Shown here piece after piece: positions 10,201-18,974 of a DNA stretch of 64,000 nucleotides. The position numbers were made by a program, and so were the translations under genes. The DNA is from Thermoplasmatota archaeon. Lineage in GTDB: Archaea > Thermoplasmatota > Thermoplasmata > UBA10834. Position 1 is the first letter of the stretch; every line of letters starts with the position of its first letter. The notes below the pieces were generated by a model. The model was not told where the DNA came from. It made no database searches and saw only the letters and a list, made by a program, of their open reading frames with translations. The DNA lies in contig JBFMHR010000002.1 in the NCBI GenBank assembly GCA_040751795.1, positions 160,001-224,000 on the forward strand, given 5' to 3'.

Positions 10201-12820
10201 CAAGACCTGGACAGGCCAGATCATGATGGGGACGCCCGGCGTGCGCACGGTGACCGTGACGGACTCCGTCGACGGGGCCATAACCGGCTCCGACGATGTG
10301 ACGGTGACCGCGGAGCGCACGGCGACGTACTTCGTGATCACGGACATGGCCCCGACCGTGCAGATCAATGTGGCCGAGGCGTTCACCGTGACGGTGTACG
10401 ACCAGTACGACGATGTGTTCGTGGCATACGACGGGATCGCCACGTTCAGCACGAACCGGAGCGGCGAGGTCACGCTCCCGTCCGACTACGACTTCGACCC
10501 GGCCGACCTAGGCACGGCAGACTTCAGCGCCACGTTCACCGTGGAAGGTTACTTCACGGTGACTGTGAGCGACCTGGCCGATGCATCCGTCACCGGCGAG
10601 GTGACGGACATCCGCGTGACCGCCACGGCACCTGTGCTGGACCACTTCGTCGTCGAGGGCATAACCAGCCCGATGTGGGAGGACAACTACTCCGACGTCA
10701 CCGTGACCGCGTACGACCAGTTCGGCGGCATGTTCGTCGCATATGTGGGCACCATCGAGTTCACGACGGATGCGGCCGCAGGCACATACACGTTGCCGGC
10801 CGACTACACCTTCCTCGTTGCGGACGACGGGACCAAGACCTTCCCGCTCGGCGTGATGTTCGAGGAGGGCGGCACGTACTATGTCGCCGCGACCGACACC
10901 GGAGGCGGAAGCGAGACGGGCTCGCAGACTGGCATAGTGATCGTCGAGCTCGAGCCCACGACACTGGTGATATCCGGTGAGCCGACCGGAGTGGTCGCAC
11001 CCAGCGAGACGTTCTCGCTGACTGTGAGCGTCTACCACCAGTTCGACGAGCTCTGCTACGAGTACGACGGCACGGTCGAGTTCTCGACAGGCGACGCCGA
11101 CGCAGGGGTAGTCCTGCCAGCCCCGTACACGTTCACCGAGGCCGACGCGGGGACGCACGACTTCACGGACGAGTTCGCCCTCGTGACTCCGGGTGCCCAG
11201 ACGGTCACCGCGGAGGACCAGGCCGACGCGGCCCTCACGGACACAGTGACCGTGACGGTCGAAGCGCCCCCGGAGAGGACGGTGGACTACAGGGTCTACG
11301 ATATGCTGGCCGAGCCATTCGGAGCATGGTGGGCCGACAGGTGGGAGGGATACTCGTCGGACATAATCGTGAGCACCGGAACCAATGCCAACGCCGCCCT
11401 CTACTACATCGAGGGCGCTGACGGTGGGGCCGACGTCGACACGCAGGGCATCATATACGCCCCGTACAGGTACAACATCAGCGCGAAGAACCTGGACGCG
11501 ATCAGCGTGCACTCGCCGGAGTTCCTCCCGAGGTACAACGCCGCGCCCGTCGTCGGTGCAGAGGCGACGATGAACCTGTACTACCAGTACATGTACGAGG
11601 ACTGGTACGTGAACACGGTGTTCCCGGACTGGACAGGGACCCTCGGATTCCCGGGGAGCCAGTACTGGCGCCAGCAGGACGGTTACATCACGACGACGCT
11701 GTACACCGTCACCATGAACCGCGAGGCCGCCTACGAGTGGATCAACCTCCCGCTCTCAGAGACGGACCCGGAGGCCTGGTACGCGACCCAGCAGGCCGCG
11801 ATGAACACGTGGTACGGCGACTGGTTCCTGTACGAGGGGGACACGAGGCTCGACATCGCCTTCGGCTACGAGGACAACTACTACAGCGAGTACACGTCCT
11901 CACGGGTGGCCTACGACTCCGGCACCGGAGAGGTCACCCTCGAGATCGCGCACTTCAGCTGGGGCTACGAGGTCCTGCTGACCCGGTGGCTCACGGAGAT
12001 CGGCGTCTCGTCCAACCACGAGCCGTGGTACGAGGACTTCACCATGGACGTCTACTACGGGGAGGAGTACACCGACCTGTGGATGGACGCGGTGTGCCAG
12101 TACAGCCTGCACGCGGTGAAGTCGAACGGGACGGCGGGCGGCTCGGCGTGGGCGTGGGAGCCTGCCCACATCGACTACATCATCGAGAGCGAGCTGCCGA
12201 CGTGGTACGCTGGCACGCCCGATCTGCCGAGCGAGTACGAGCCCTACTTCCCGCTCACCTACCAGAGCTGGAATTCCGGGGACAACCTGTTCAGCGACGA
12301 GGTGACCTACGAGTACACGCCGTACTGGTTCAACCTCACGGACGGGGAGACCCTGACCTTCGAGATGCCCGCGGCATCCATCATGGGCTATGAAGGGGTG
12401 GGCCTGGACTACACGGACTACATCCTGGCCGAGGGCGGCGACCTCTCTTCGTTCGAGGCGATAGAGACGACCGGCGATGTCACGCTCGGGCACTATGTGA
12501 CCGGCGGTGCGGACCTCAGCGCCATGGTGAGCGGGTCCACCCTGACGATCGCGGGCCCGGTATCGTTCGACAACGTGAGGCACACGCCCGACGGCCCGCT
12601 GTACCACGGGGCGCCGTGGATAGAGTTCGATGTCGGCGCGGTGAAGCTGGCGGCGATGGACTCCGGTGAGGTCCTCGAGCCGTCGGCCCCCGCCTCGTCC
12701 GCGTCGGCCGCAGCGGCCGGAGCCAGCTCGGCCTCGGGCGCCATATCCATGATGGCGGTCGTGTGCGCGGCGATGGTCGCCGTGGCCGCCCTCGGGGCGG
12801 GCCGCAGGGTCTCAGCATAG
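7247..12820 (+). CDS. 1857-aa cell-surface (S-layer/adhesin-like) protein with Ig-like repeats
   Basis: N-terminal TM, six ~105-aa repeats (TVTVxDQFG...YxGTIEFSxxD..LP..YTF), two homologous aromatic-rich domains and a C-terminal hydrophobic tail with RR; acidic and Thr-rich. Confidence 0.85.
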   Translation: MGEVANMSEQVNTSVPASEPAQPASSSPPKKDNKKKLWLMIVAVIVAILLISTAVYVLVISDGDEEEAIGLELESEILPSDDITMEALGMVELSVTSMLVNDTEDISYEIDDWTNVTYSWSRTPYELGSFDLLARREVQFTATNISMSGTVTCTVEWEDEIVQVTADVYINPPYLDSVLVTPDSWQLAPEEPHDFTATALNSVGDVMTGVTFAWTVSGMDAADYTLSSTTGSTVTFTGLTEGNATLNATCTAGLITKEGGAEIQVGGAPMRTVDYLYYDLFNVPFGEWWDWRWTYYGTEEVVTREYPYIFKWYGNATNVWLYANQRLNLTGRNMPELNMNERPEFLPFLGEARGGTAKIDWYMQYLTEEDMARYPDNTAAWLDGWVIALNGTVTLDRTAAMAVMGITSEGFDDFDTWWAANDDIFLNDYIDWILYEGNDRLDIFCAYEYPLTPLSFNIFAEKVGDEIVLTYDTVTWGMESMMFRWLKDAFMPVEWYYEDMYFRATIGPQYTDIDMDTAVVYAAYAYETTLDKAPCWMWEALMQDYVPSTGAHPYSLFDVYEDLEYYNYAPGSPWYGTMMPYDYAPGAHNLSENETMVLEWPGEDNLLFYTHDEPYKTFNWTGAMTCNYSEPDWVEFPGQIALDKDARTLSFEGPIDFWTWSKLQADTYPGDTRYENLGSEWDRLGGVLPYGCPTIEFRLASDEDPVPYTLRVEGIESPIEEDTLTGVTVTVLDQFGTLYTTYTGTIEFSSNDTGATLPAQYTFQAADLGTKAFPDSVMFSTAGIYYVMAEDVSNSALFGSQENIDVYSSSMPTTLLVEGVTSPITAGVASGFTVTVLDQAGLPYTGPYEGTIEFSSNDSAADLPLDYTFTLADAGTHTWDAADGVTFNTAGTRDLTAADTSDPTISGSQLGIVVTEAPRMDSFEVALSADTAIANDTLLDVTVTAMDQFGNPYTDYVGTVVFSSDDTVASLPMADLTFLAGDLGVKTWTGQIMMGTPGVRTVTVTDSVDGAITGSDDVTVTAERTATYFVITDMAPTVQINVAEAFTVTVYDQYDDVFVAYDGIATFSTNRSGEVTLPSDYDFDPADLGTADFSATFTVEGYFTVTVSDLADASVTGEVTDIRVTATAPVLDHFVVEGITSPMWEDNYSDVTVTAYDQFGGMFVAYVGTIEFTTDAAAGTYTLPADYTFLVADDGTKTFPLGVMFEEGGTYYVAATDTGGGSETGSQTGIVIVELEPTTLVISGEPTGVVAPSETFSLTVSVYHQFDELCYEYDGTVEFSTGDADAGVVLPAPYTFTEADAGTHDFTDEFALVTPGAQTVTAEDQADAALTDTVTVTVEAPPERTVDYRVYDMLAEPFGAWWADRWEGYSSDIIVSTGTNANAALYYIEGADGGADVDTQGIIYAPYRYNISAKNLDAISVHSPEFLPRYNAAPVVGAEATMNLYYQYMYEDWYVNTVFPDWTGTLGFPGSQYWRQQDGYITTTLYTVTMNREAAYEWINLPLSETDPEAWYATQQAAMNTWYGDWFLYEGDTRLDIAFGYEDNYYSEYTSSRVAYDSGTGEVTLEIAHFSWGYEVLLTRWLTEIGVSSNHEPWYEDFTMDVYYGEEYTDLWMDAVCQYSLHAVKSNGTAGGSAWAWEPAHIDYIIESELPTWYAGTPDLPSEYEPYFPLTYQSWNSGDNLFSDEVTYEYTPYWFNLTDGETLTFEMPAASIMGYEGVGLDYTDYILAEGGDLSSFEAIETTGDVTLGHYVTGGADLSAMVSGSTLTIAGPVSFDNVRHTPDGPLYHGAPWIEFDVGAVKLAAMDSGEVLEPSAPASSASAAAAGASSASGAISMMAVVCAAMVAVAALGAGRRVSA

Positions 12821-12900
12821 GTCTGGACGGAACCAGAAACCCCAAAACCTCTTACATTCTTCTTATTCCTTCCATGACGGGCGGAGCGTGGACGCCGGCT

Positions 12901-15000
12901 CTACGCGTGAGGGTGCCTCTCGGCCGGGAAGACGATGCAGAACCTCGCACCGAGGTCGCTCTTGCCGGGGACCCTGTCCTCGACCCATATCCTGCCCGAG
13001 AACTTGTCCGCCAGCGCCCTGCATATCGACAGGCCGAGGCCGCTCCCGGAGATCTTCGTGTCGTGCTTGAGCCTGACGTACTTCTGGAAGAGCATGGCCT
13101 TCTTGTCGTCCGGGACCCCGTAGCCGTTGTCGGAGACGCAGACCTTCCAGGCCGGGTGCTCGCGGTCGAGGACCTTGTTCACCGTCACGTCGATCTCGAC
13201 CTCCTCGTGGGGGTCGTACTTGACCGCGTTGTTGAGGAGGTTCACGAAGAGCTCCTCGACCAGGGGGTTAGCCCTGATGTAGGCCTCCTCGGGCGCCTCC
13301 AGCTTGATGCCGACCCTCTTGGGGGAGGAGGTCGTTATGCCGGAGACGACCTTCCTCAGGACGTCGCTGAGGTTGACGAGGACGAAGTCCTTCGAGTCCA
13401 TGCTGCCGATCTTGGTGAGCTTCTTGACGTTCTCTATGAGCCTCGCGTTCTCCCTGATCAGGTGCAGCGACTTCTCGAGGGAGGCCTTGGCCGCGTGGGG
13501 GAGGTCCTTCTCCTTGTGGACCATCTCGACGTAGTTCAGGGTCGCGAAGTTGTAGTTGTTGATGTCGTGGAACATGAGGTCGTTGAGCATCTCAATCTCC
13601 CTGTTCGCGTCCTGGAGCTTCGAGACGAGCTGCGCGTTCTCGAGGGCGATCGACGCCTGCTGGGCGAAGAGGAGGCCCGCCTCGAGGTCGTTCTGGGTGA
13701 ACACCTGCCCCCGGTCCCTGTAGAGCTCCAGCACGCCTATCACGCCGTGGGAGCCCGTGAGCGGTATCGCCAGCATCGAGTTGTGCTCGAGCGGCACGCC
13801 CGGGATGTCCGCAGACCTGGGGTCCGCGTCGACGTCGTCAACGAACTCCGCCTTCCCGGTCCTCGCCACGAGCCCGACTATCCCCTCGTCGAGGCCGCCG
13901 GGGTCGCCGAGAATCTCGTCCGAGTACCCGCCCACGGCGTACACGGGCTTCACCAACTGGTTCTGCCAGTCCACGACGTAGAACGAGAGGTCCTTGTACC
14001 TGACCACGTCCATGATGTGCGACGCGATGGCCGCGTAGATCTGCTCGGTGCTGATGGCCCTCTGGAGCTCCACGCTCGACCTGACCAGGGCCTCCTGGAG
14101 GCCCACCTTCCCCTCCAGGGAGGAGAACAGGACCATGTTGTCTATCATGCCGCCGAGCAGGTCGGCGACCATCTGCAGCGCCTCGGCGCTGTTCCAGTCG
14201 TACTCAGCCTGCTTCGAGTCGAGGAGGTTGAGGGAGCCGAGCACCCTGCCCCTGGAGGTCAGGGGGACCGCTATCATCGAGCTCGCCCTGTTCACCTCGA
14301 GGAGCCCGAACTCGGTGAAGAGCTTCCTGCCGGCCTCCTTCTCGACTATGATCGCCTTGCCCCCGAACCTGAGCTTCTCCACGATGCTGCCCTCGAAGGG
14401 GACCTTGCCCAGGGAGACGGCCTTCTCGCCGTGCCTCGGGTCGGGGACGAAGACCTCGACGTGCCTGCCCTTCTCCTCGGTGATGCCGGCGCAGATGTAG
14501 TCGAACTCCAGGAGCTTCTGCAGCTCCTCCGACACCTTCAGCAGCACCGTCCTGATGTCCTTGTGGGTGCCGGCCAGCTTCGCGATGCGGTTCATTATGT
14601 CGGTCCTGAAGGCCTTCTCGCGGAGCTCGTTCTCGACGCCCTTCCGCGTGCTGATGTCCCGGGCGACCGCCGCGATCCCGAGGGCGGTCCCGTCCATCTC
14701 CCTTATCGCGCATGCCGTGAGCGAGGCGACGAGCACCATCCCGTCGCTGCGCCTGAACTTGATCTCGTAGTCGTGGATGGGGCTGCCCTGCTCGAGGAGC
14801 GACACGAGCGCCTTCCACTCGAGGTCCCTGTCGACGACCTCCTTGGCCACGTTCCTCGAGCCCATCGACTCGTGCCTGTAGCCCAGCATCCTCGCGAACG
14901 CGGGGTTCGAGAATAGTATCTCTCCCGACTTCCTGCAGACGAATATGCCGTCCAGGAGCTCGGAGGTCAATAGCCCAACGTCTAGCTTCTCAGCGCTCAT
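12901..15000 (-). CDS. Soluble PAS-GAF-GAF sensor histidine kinase
   Basis: PAS (NPAFARMLGY...RDISTRK), two GAF domains, H-box HDINN, N-box NLLNNAVKY, DNGYG, GSGLGL; start taken as MSAEK. Confidence 0.92.
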   Translation of the reverse strand: MSAEKLDVGLLTSELLDGIFVCRKSGEILFSNPAFARMLGYRHESMGSRNVAKEVVDRDLEWKALVSLLEQGSPIHDYEIKFRRSDGMVLVASLTACAIREMDGTALGIAAVARDISTRKGVENELREKAFRTDIMNRIAKLAGTHKDIRTVLLKVSEELQKLLEFDYICAGITEEKGRHVEVFVPDPRHGEKAVSLGKVPFEGSIVEKLRFGGKAIIVEKEAGRKLFTEFGLLEVNRASSMIAVPLTSRGRVLGSLNLLDSKQAEYDWNSAEALQMVADLLGGMIDNMVLFSSLEGKVGLQEALVRSSVELQRAISTEQIYAAIASHIMDVVRYKDLSFYVVDWQNQLVKPVYAVGGYSDEILGDPGGLDEGIVGLVARTGKAEFVDDVDADPRSADIPGVPLEHNSMLAIPLTGSHGVIGVLELYRDRGQVFTQNDLEAGLLFAQQASIALENAQLVSKLQDANREIEMLNDLMFHDINNYNFATLNYVEMVHKEKDLPHAAKASLEKSLHLIRENARLIENVKKLTKIGSMDSKDFVLVNLSDVLRKVVSGITTSSPKRVGIKLEAPEEAYIRANPLVEELFVNLLNNAVKYDPHEEVEIDVTVNKVLDREHPAWKVCVSDNGYGVPDDKKAMLFQKYVRLKHDTKISGSGLGLSICRALADKFSGRIWVEDRVPGKSDLGARFCIVFPAERHPHA

Positions 15001-15218
15001 CGATGCCCCACCGGATGGAGCTGGATGGCTCCAGTCGGCAACCAGGCCGCGCACGGGGGTACGCGTCCTTCTCACCTTAAGCAGTTGTTCCCGATAAAAA
15101 GGTTACCGGGAGGTTCGCACTTTTGACGTTGACGCGGCCGCCCCCTGCCAGGGGCCTCCGGGCGCCGGTCCATGGCAAAGGCTATCAGGCGAGTGGTCGA
15201 TTTCCCCGCGGCCTGCAG

Positions 15219-15485
15219 ATGGACGCGAAGATGCACAAGCTCTTCCTGACCCGGTGCGACGTCCGCCCGGAGGGCAGGATGGTCAGCGCCGCCGACTGCA
15301 GCGCCTGCCCTCACGGCAGCGTCGTGGACAACAGGGCGCGGGTCCTCTGCTACGGCGCCACGAAGTTCTTCACGGCGCCGTGCTTCTACGACATGCGGGC
15401 GTCGGCCACCGTGGCCGATTGCGAGGCGTGCCACTACGGCAAGGTCTCCGAGGACCGCATGAGGGTCTTCTGCGGCAGGATGTGA
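15219..15485 (+). CDS. Small Cys-rich protein with two tandem 4-Cys repeats
   Basis: 88 aa; RC..13..CSACPHG..LC and PC..12..CEACHYG..FC; typical codon usage. Confidence 0.7.
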   Translation: MDAKMHKLFLTRCDVRPEGRMVSAADCSACPHGSVVDNRARVLCYGATKFFTAPCFYDMRASATVADCEACHYGKVSEDRMRVFCGRM

Positions 15486-15584
15486 GGCGGCGGCCTCCGC
15501 CGGATCATTTCGCGCGGCGCGGAGCCTGGCCAACAGTATTATATAAAGCGTCGCTACAATACATAACCTGGATGGGATGCGTCG

Positions 15585-16160
15585 ATGGGCTCAGCAATGG
15601 CTTCAGGTGCCACCTTTTCTCCTGACGTGAGGCCGGGCAACGTCTACCTGGTCGAGGAGAGGAGGCCGAGGTCCAGCTACGAGATGCTGGAGCACGCCCT
15701 ATCCTCCGGGTGCGCAGGCCTGGTGATGACCCGCGACTTCCCGAAGAAGCTCCTCAGCGAGAAGGACATCGACAGCTGCAGGATCGTATGGCTGACCAAC
15801 CTCGTGGGCGAGGGAAGGGTCAACCCGACCGCGATAGGCATACTGATGAGCCAGGTGCGGGCCTTCATAGAGTCGCAGAAGAGGGCCGTCGTCCTCATCG
15901 ACGGCCTCGAGTACCTCGTCTCGCTCAACACCTACGACCGGATGCTGCAGTTCATGCACCAGCTGAGGGACCTGGTCGTCACGAACGATTGCGTCCTCAT
16001 AGTCCCGGTCGACCCGAGGACCATGTCCGAGAGGGAGATGGCCCTGCTCGAGAGGAGCATGGAGGTCGTCGTGCCGAGGCCCGAGGCGGAGCTCGCGGAC
16101 GAGCCGATCCTGAACCCAGGGACGGGCGAGATACGCCTGATGGACGTCGGGCCGAGATAG
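15585..16160 (+). CDS. DUF835 domain protein (degenerate KaiC/RecA-like)
   Basis: PGNVYLVEE, GLVMTR, IVWLTN, VNPT, VVLIDGLEYL and LRDLV pattern. Confidence 0.85.
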   Translation: MGSAMASGATFSPDVRPGNVYLVEERRPRSSYEMLEHALSSGCAGLVMTRDFPKKLLSEKDIDSCRIVWLTNLVGEGRVNPTAIGILMSQVRAFIESQKRAVVLIDGLEYLVSLNTYDRMLQFMHQLRDLVVTNDCVLIVPVDPRTMSEREMALLERSMEVVVPRPEAELADEPILNPGTGEIRLMDVGPR

Positions 16161-16213
16161 CCTTTTCTGAGCAATAGAACTGTCCGAGCCTGATTCTACA
16201 GCCCTTTTGAGGT

Positions 16214-16939
16214 TCAGCTGTCGAGGGCCCGCTCGAAGAATCCCGCGAGCCCGCCCACATCCTCCACGACGATGGCGCTGCCGGCCTTGACCAGGACCTC
16301 CTCGGGGACATCGCCCGTCATCACGCCGATGAACGGGACGCCCGCGTTGGCGGCGCACTGCGCGTCTATGGGGTGGTCCCCGACGAACACGGTCTCGTCC
16401 TTGTCCACGGCGAGCGCGTCCACGAGGCGAAGGTAGGAGTCGGGGAATGGCTTAGGCCTCGTGTGGGAGTTGCGGCACTCCATGGCGTCCACGAGGCAGG
16501 CCAGCCCAGTCAGGGACAGCGCCCTGGACGCGTACTCCTCGCACCCCCTGGTCAGCACCCCCACCTTGACCCCCCTCGCCCTAAGCGCCTCCAGGACCTC
16601 CCTCGCCCCGGGGAGGGCTGAGGTCCCCTCCACCCTCTCCATCTCCACCGAGTCCATGATCCGGTCGAGCTCGGCGAGCATCCTCCGAACCTCGGGCCCG
16701 GGGACCCCCCTCCGGGCCATGCGCCCCTCGAACCTCTCGAGGATGGCGACTATCGTCTCCGAGAGGCTGTAATCCCCGGGGTCGTCCCCGAACTCGCCCA
16801 TCCTCCTGATCACCAGGGACTTGAACTTGGGGAAGTCGACGGTCGACTCCACGAGGGTGTCGTCGAGGTCGAACACGACGGCCCTCAGCCTCCTGCCGGG
16901 CCTCAGGTCGCGCCATTCGGGCTGGGAGTGCGGCTGCAT
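16214..16939 (-). CDS. HAD-superfamily hydrolase (phosphoglycolate phosphatase-like)
   Basis: VVFDLDDTL, GVLTR, KPFP, FVGDHPID; a TTTAAG box about 27 nt upstream of ATG 16939 suggests a leaderless mRNA. Confidence 0.9.
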   Translation of the reverse strand: MQPHSQPEWRDLRPGRRLRAVVFDLDDTLVESTVDFPKFKSLVIRRMGEFGDDPGDYSLSETIVAILERFEGRMARRGVPGPEVRRMLAELDRIMDSVEMERVEGTSALPGAREVLEALRARGVKVGVLTRGCEEYASRALSLTGLACLVDAMECRNSHTRPKPFPDSYLRLVDALAVDKDETVFVGDHPIDAQCAANAGVPFIGVMTGDVPEEVLVKAGSAIVVEDVGGLAGFFERALDS

Positions 16940-17057
16940 CCGCCCGATGAACCGCCCGGGCCCACTTAAACCCTTTGCGCCAGGCGGCGCCGGGGGGATG
17001 TTATCAGCGGTGATTCCCTGGGGGTAGGCTATATTAGGCGCGCTCGCCCCTCGGAGT

Positions 17058-17180
17058 GTCAAGAGACAGGAAGAGGGAAGACAAGGATTTTCCTTCTGGC
17101 CCGGGATCAGCCACTCTCCTCCCCCCAAACCCCCCAACCGGGCCGACAACCCCCTCTTCCTTCTCCGTTCCCCCTTCTCG
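17058..17180 (+). ncRNA. Candidate small RNA with C-rich loop
   Basis: TATATTAG at 17030-17037; stems 17068-77/17152-61 (10 bp), 17083-87/17091-95 and 17098-104/17138-44; pyrimidine-rich 3' end. Strand uncertain. Confidence 0.35.
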
Positions 17181-17327
17181 GCCAAGCTCCCCCCAAGGCT
17201 CGTGCTGGAGGCGCCTCGAACCAAATCGAAGCGGATAAATAGGCATATCCCACTCTTTGGCCGAGGGGGCGCGTCACCGCGGGGTCCCCGCGCGGCGCGC
17301 CACAGCGCAGACCGGAAGGTGCAACGA

Positions 17328-18371
17328 TTGACCGCATCGAAGAAGGCAGCCCCTCCGCCGGAGGACCCGGACATGGGCCAGCTCAGGGCGGAGATACTCA
17401 AGGTCGCGAAGGAGGCCAAGGGGCAGCTCGGCCTCTACGTGAAGCACGTCGAGACCGGGAGGGAGCTCGCCATCGAGGCGGACAAGATCTTCCCCCTCGC
17501 CAGCGTCTTCAAGCTGGGGGTGATGGTGGAGACCTTCCGGCAGGTGGCGGAGGGCTCGATATCCCTGGACGAGAGGATAGAGCTCGAGCCGAAGCACTAC
17601 TGCATCGGGGAGGGCGTGCTGCAGTACCTCTCCCCGGGGCTGAAGCCGACCGTCTCGGACCTCCTCGCCCTGATGATCATATCCACGGACAACACGGCGT
17701 CGGAGATGCTCTGGAAGCGGATAGGGCTCCAGAGGGTCAACATGATGATGAGGGAGATCGGCCTCGCCAAGACCTCCATATACATACCCTACAGGGAGAG
17801 CTTCCTGATGTCCATGGGGTACGGCCCGTTCAAGGCGCTGACCATCCCTGAGGCGGCCCGGAAGTGGAAGGGGATGTCCGACATCGAGAGGATGAAGGCG
17901 CTGAACGAGACGGAGCGGGACTCGGCCGGCCTCTCCGTCGAGGAGTTCAGGCGGAAGTACGAGCGCATCTACGGCCTCAAGGCCGAGAAGAAGTTCAAGA
18001 CCCAGAGGGTCTACGACGAGGTCTTCGACAACCTAGGGACGCCCAGGGAGATAGGCATGCTCCTGGAGAAGATACTCAAGAACGAGGTCGTGTCCCCTCA
18101 GGCGTGCAAGGAGATGCTCAGGCTGCTGATGATGCAGAAGGACGAGACCGCCTCGTCCTACCTGCTGGCGCCGGACATCCCGGTCGCGCTCAAGTCCGGC
18201 ACGACGGCCGCCTCCCTCACCAACGCCGCGATCATATTCATGTCCTCGACATCGCACGTGGTGCTCTGCACCTTCTTCAAGAAGATCGAGGAGAGCCACT
18301 TCGAGAAGGCGCTGGAGGCCGAGGCCAAGATCGCCCGGCTGGTGTACGACCACTTCTCGAGGATACGCTGA
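17328..18371 (+). CDS. Serine hydrolase, class A beta-lactamase/PBP fold
   Basis: FPLASVFK (SxxK), STDNTA (SDN-like) and KSGT (KTG) motifs; TTG start after SD GGAAGGTG, or ATG at 17373. Confidence 0.88.
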   Translation: MTASKKAAPPPEDPDMGQLRAEILKVAKEAKGQLGLYVKHVETGRELAIEADKIFPLASVFKLGVMVETFRQVAEGSISLDERIELEPKHYCIGEGVLQYLSPGLKPTVSDLLALMIISTDNTASEMLWKRIGLQRVNMMMREIGLAKTSIYIPYRESFLMSMGYGPFKALTIPEAARKWKGMSDIERMKALNETERDSAGLSVEEFRRKYERIYGLKAEKKFKTQRVYDEVFDNLGTPREIGMLLEKILKNEVVSPQACKEMLRLLMMQKDETASSYLLAPDIPVALKSGTTAASLTNAAIIFMSSTSHVVLCTFFKKIEESHFEKALEAEAKIARLVYDHFSRIR

Positions 18372-18377
18372 CCCAGC

Positions 18378-18974
18378 CTACCTGCCGGGCCTGCGCGCCC
18401 AGACGGTCTCCTTGTCCCTGAGCTCCGCCGCGAGGCCTCCTCTCCGCCCCATCTCCCTGCTGGAGACGCACAGGGGAGCTATGGTCACGTTGGTCCTCTG
18501 CCGCACCGCCTCCGCGGCCTCCGCCGCGGCGGCCTTGGCCTGCTCCTCTGGGACGGAGTCGTCGTAGACGACGGCCACGTCGACCTCCTCCCCGGGCCTG
18601 TGGTCGCCCCTCCCGACCGTGCCGAAGAGCCTGCACTCCGAGACCCACTCGTGCCGGGAGAGCGCCTCCGCGAACCCCCTGGCGGCCGCCCTCTGCGGGT
18701 CGGTGTCGGGGATGGTCCTGAGCGTCCTCAGCTTCCCAGGGTCGTCGGTCATCCAGACCGCCACCGCGTTCCCCACCTTGCGCGTCTGGAGCAGTCCGGC
18801 CTTCTTGAGGTCCCTCACCGCCCTCCAGGTCGTCATCACGGGGACCTGCGACGCCCTCGCGAGCTCGTTGATGGTGAACTGCCGGTCGTGGTAGGCCCTG
18901 AGGGTGCGGAGCACCTCAATCCTCCCGGCCCTGGCCAGCGTACTTATGAGTTCCCTCGAGAGCATGTCAATCAT
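18378..18974 (-). CDS. Winged-HTH fused to a minimal nucleotidyltransferase (MNT)-like domain
   Basis: FTINELARASQVPVMTTWRAVRDLKKAGLL (wHTH) and LFGTVGRGDHRPGEEVDVAVV (degenerate GS..G..DxD). Confidence 0.8.
   Translation of the reverse strand: MIDMLSRELISTLARAGRIEVLRTLRAYHDRQFTINELARASQVPVMTTWRAVRDLKKAGLLQTRKVGNAVAVWMTDDPGKLRTLRTIPDTDPQRAAARGFAEALSRHEWVSECRLFGTVGRGDHRPGEEVDVAVVYDDSVPEEQAKAAAAEAAEAVRQRTNVTIAPLCVSSREMGRRGGLAAELRDKETVWARRPGR

Noticed and set aside
9370-11270. Periodic repeats as a CRISPR array or DGR
   Set aside because: They are degenerate in-frame protein-domain repeats; no cas or reverse transcriptase gene is present.
12763-14916. 717-aa plus-strand ORF, and similar long ORFs at 19075-21270, 21579-23423, 26128-28050, 38078-39694 and 46045-47919
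   Set aside because: Antisense or off-frame shadows (or, for 19075-21270, a spurious upstream extension of the S66 gene) of well-supported genes. Stop codons are scarce at this GC and these stretches have no motifs.
15420-15434. CEACH as a cytochrome c heme motif
   Set aside because: The paralogous repeat has CSACP, there is no export signal, and the extra Cys suggest direct metal binding.
17058-17200. SRP RNA or RNase P RNA
   Set aside because: Too short, and it lacks the SRP helix-8 and RNase P conserved-region motifs; kept only as an sRNA candidate.
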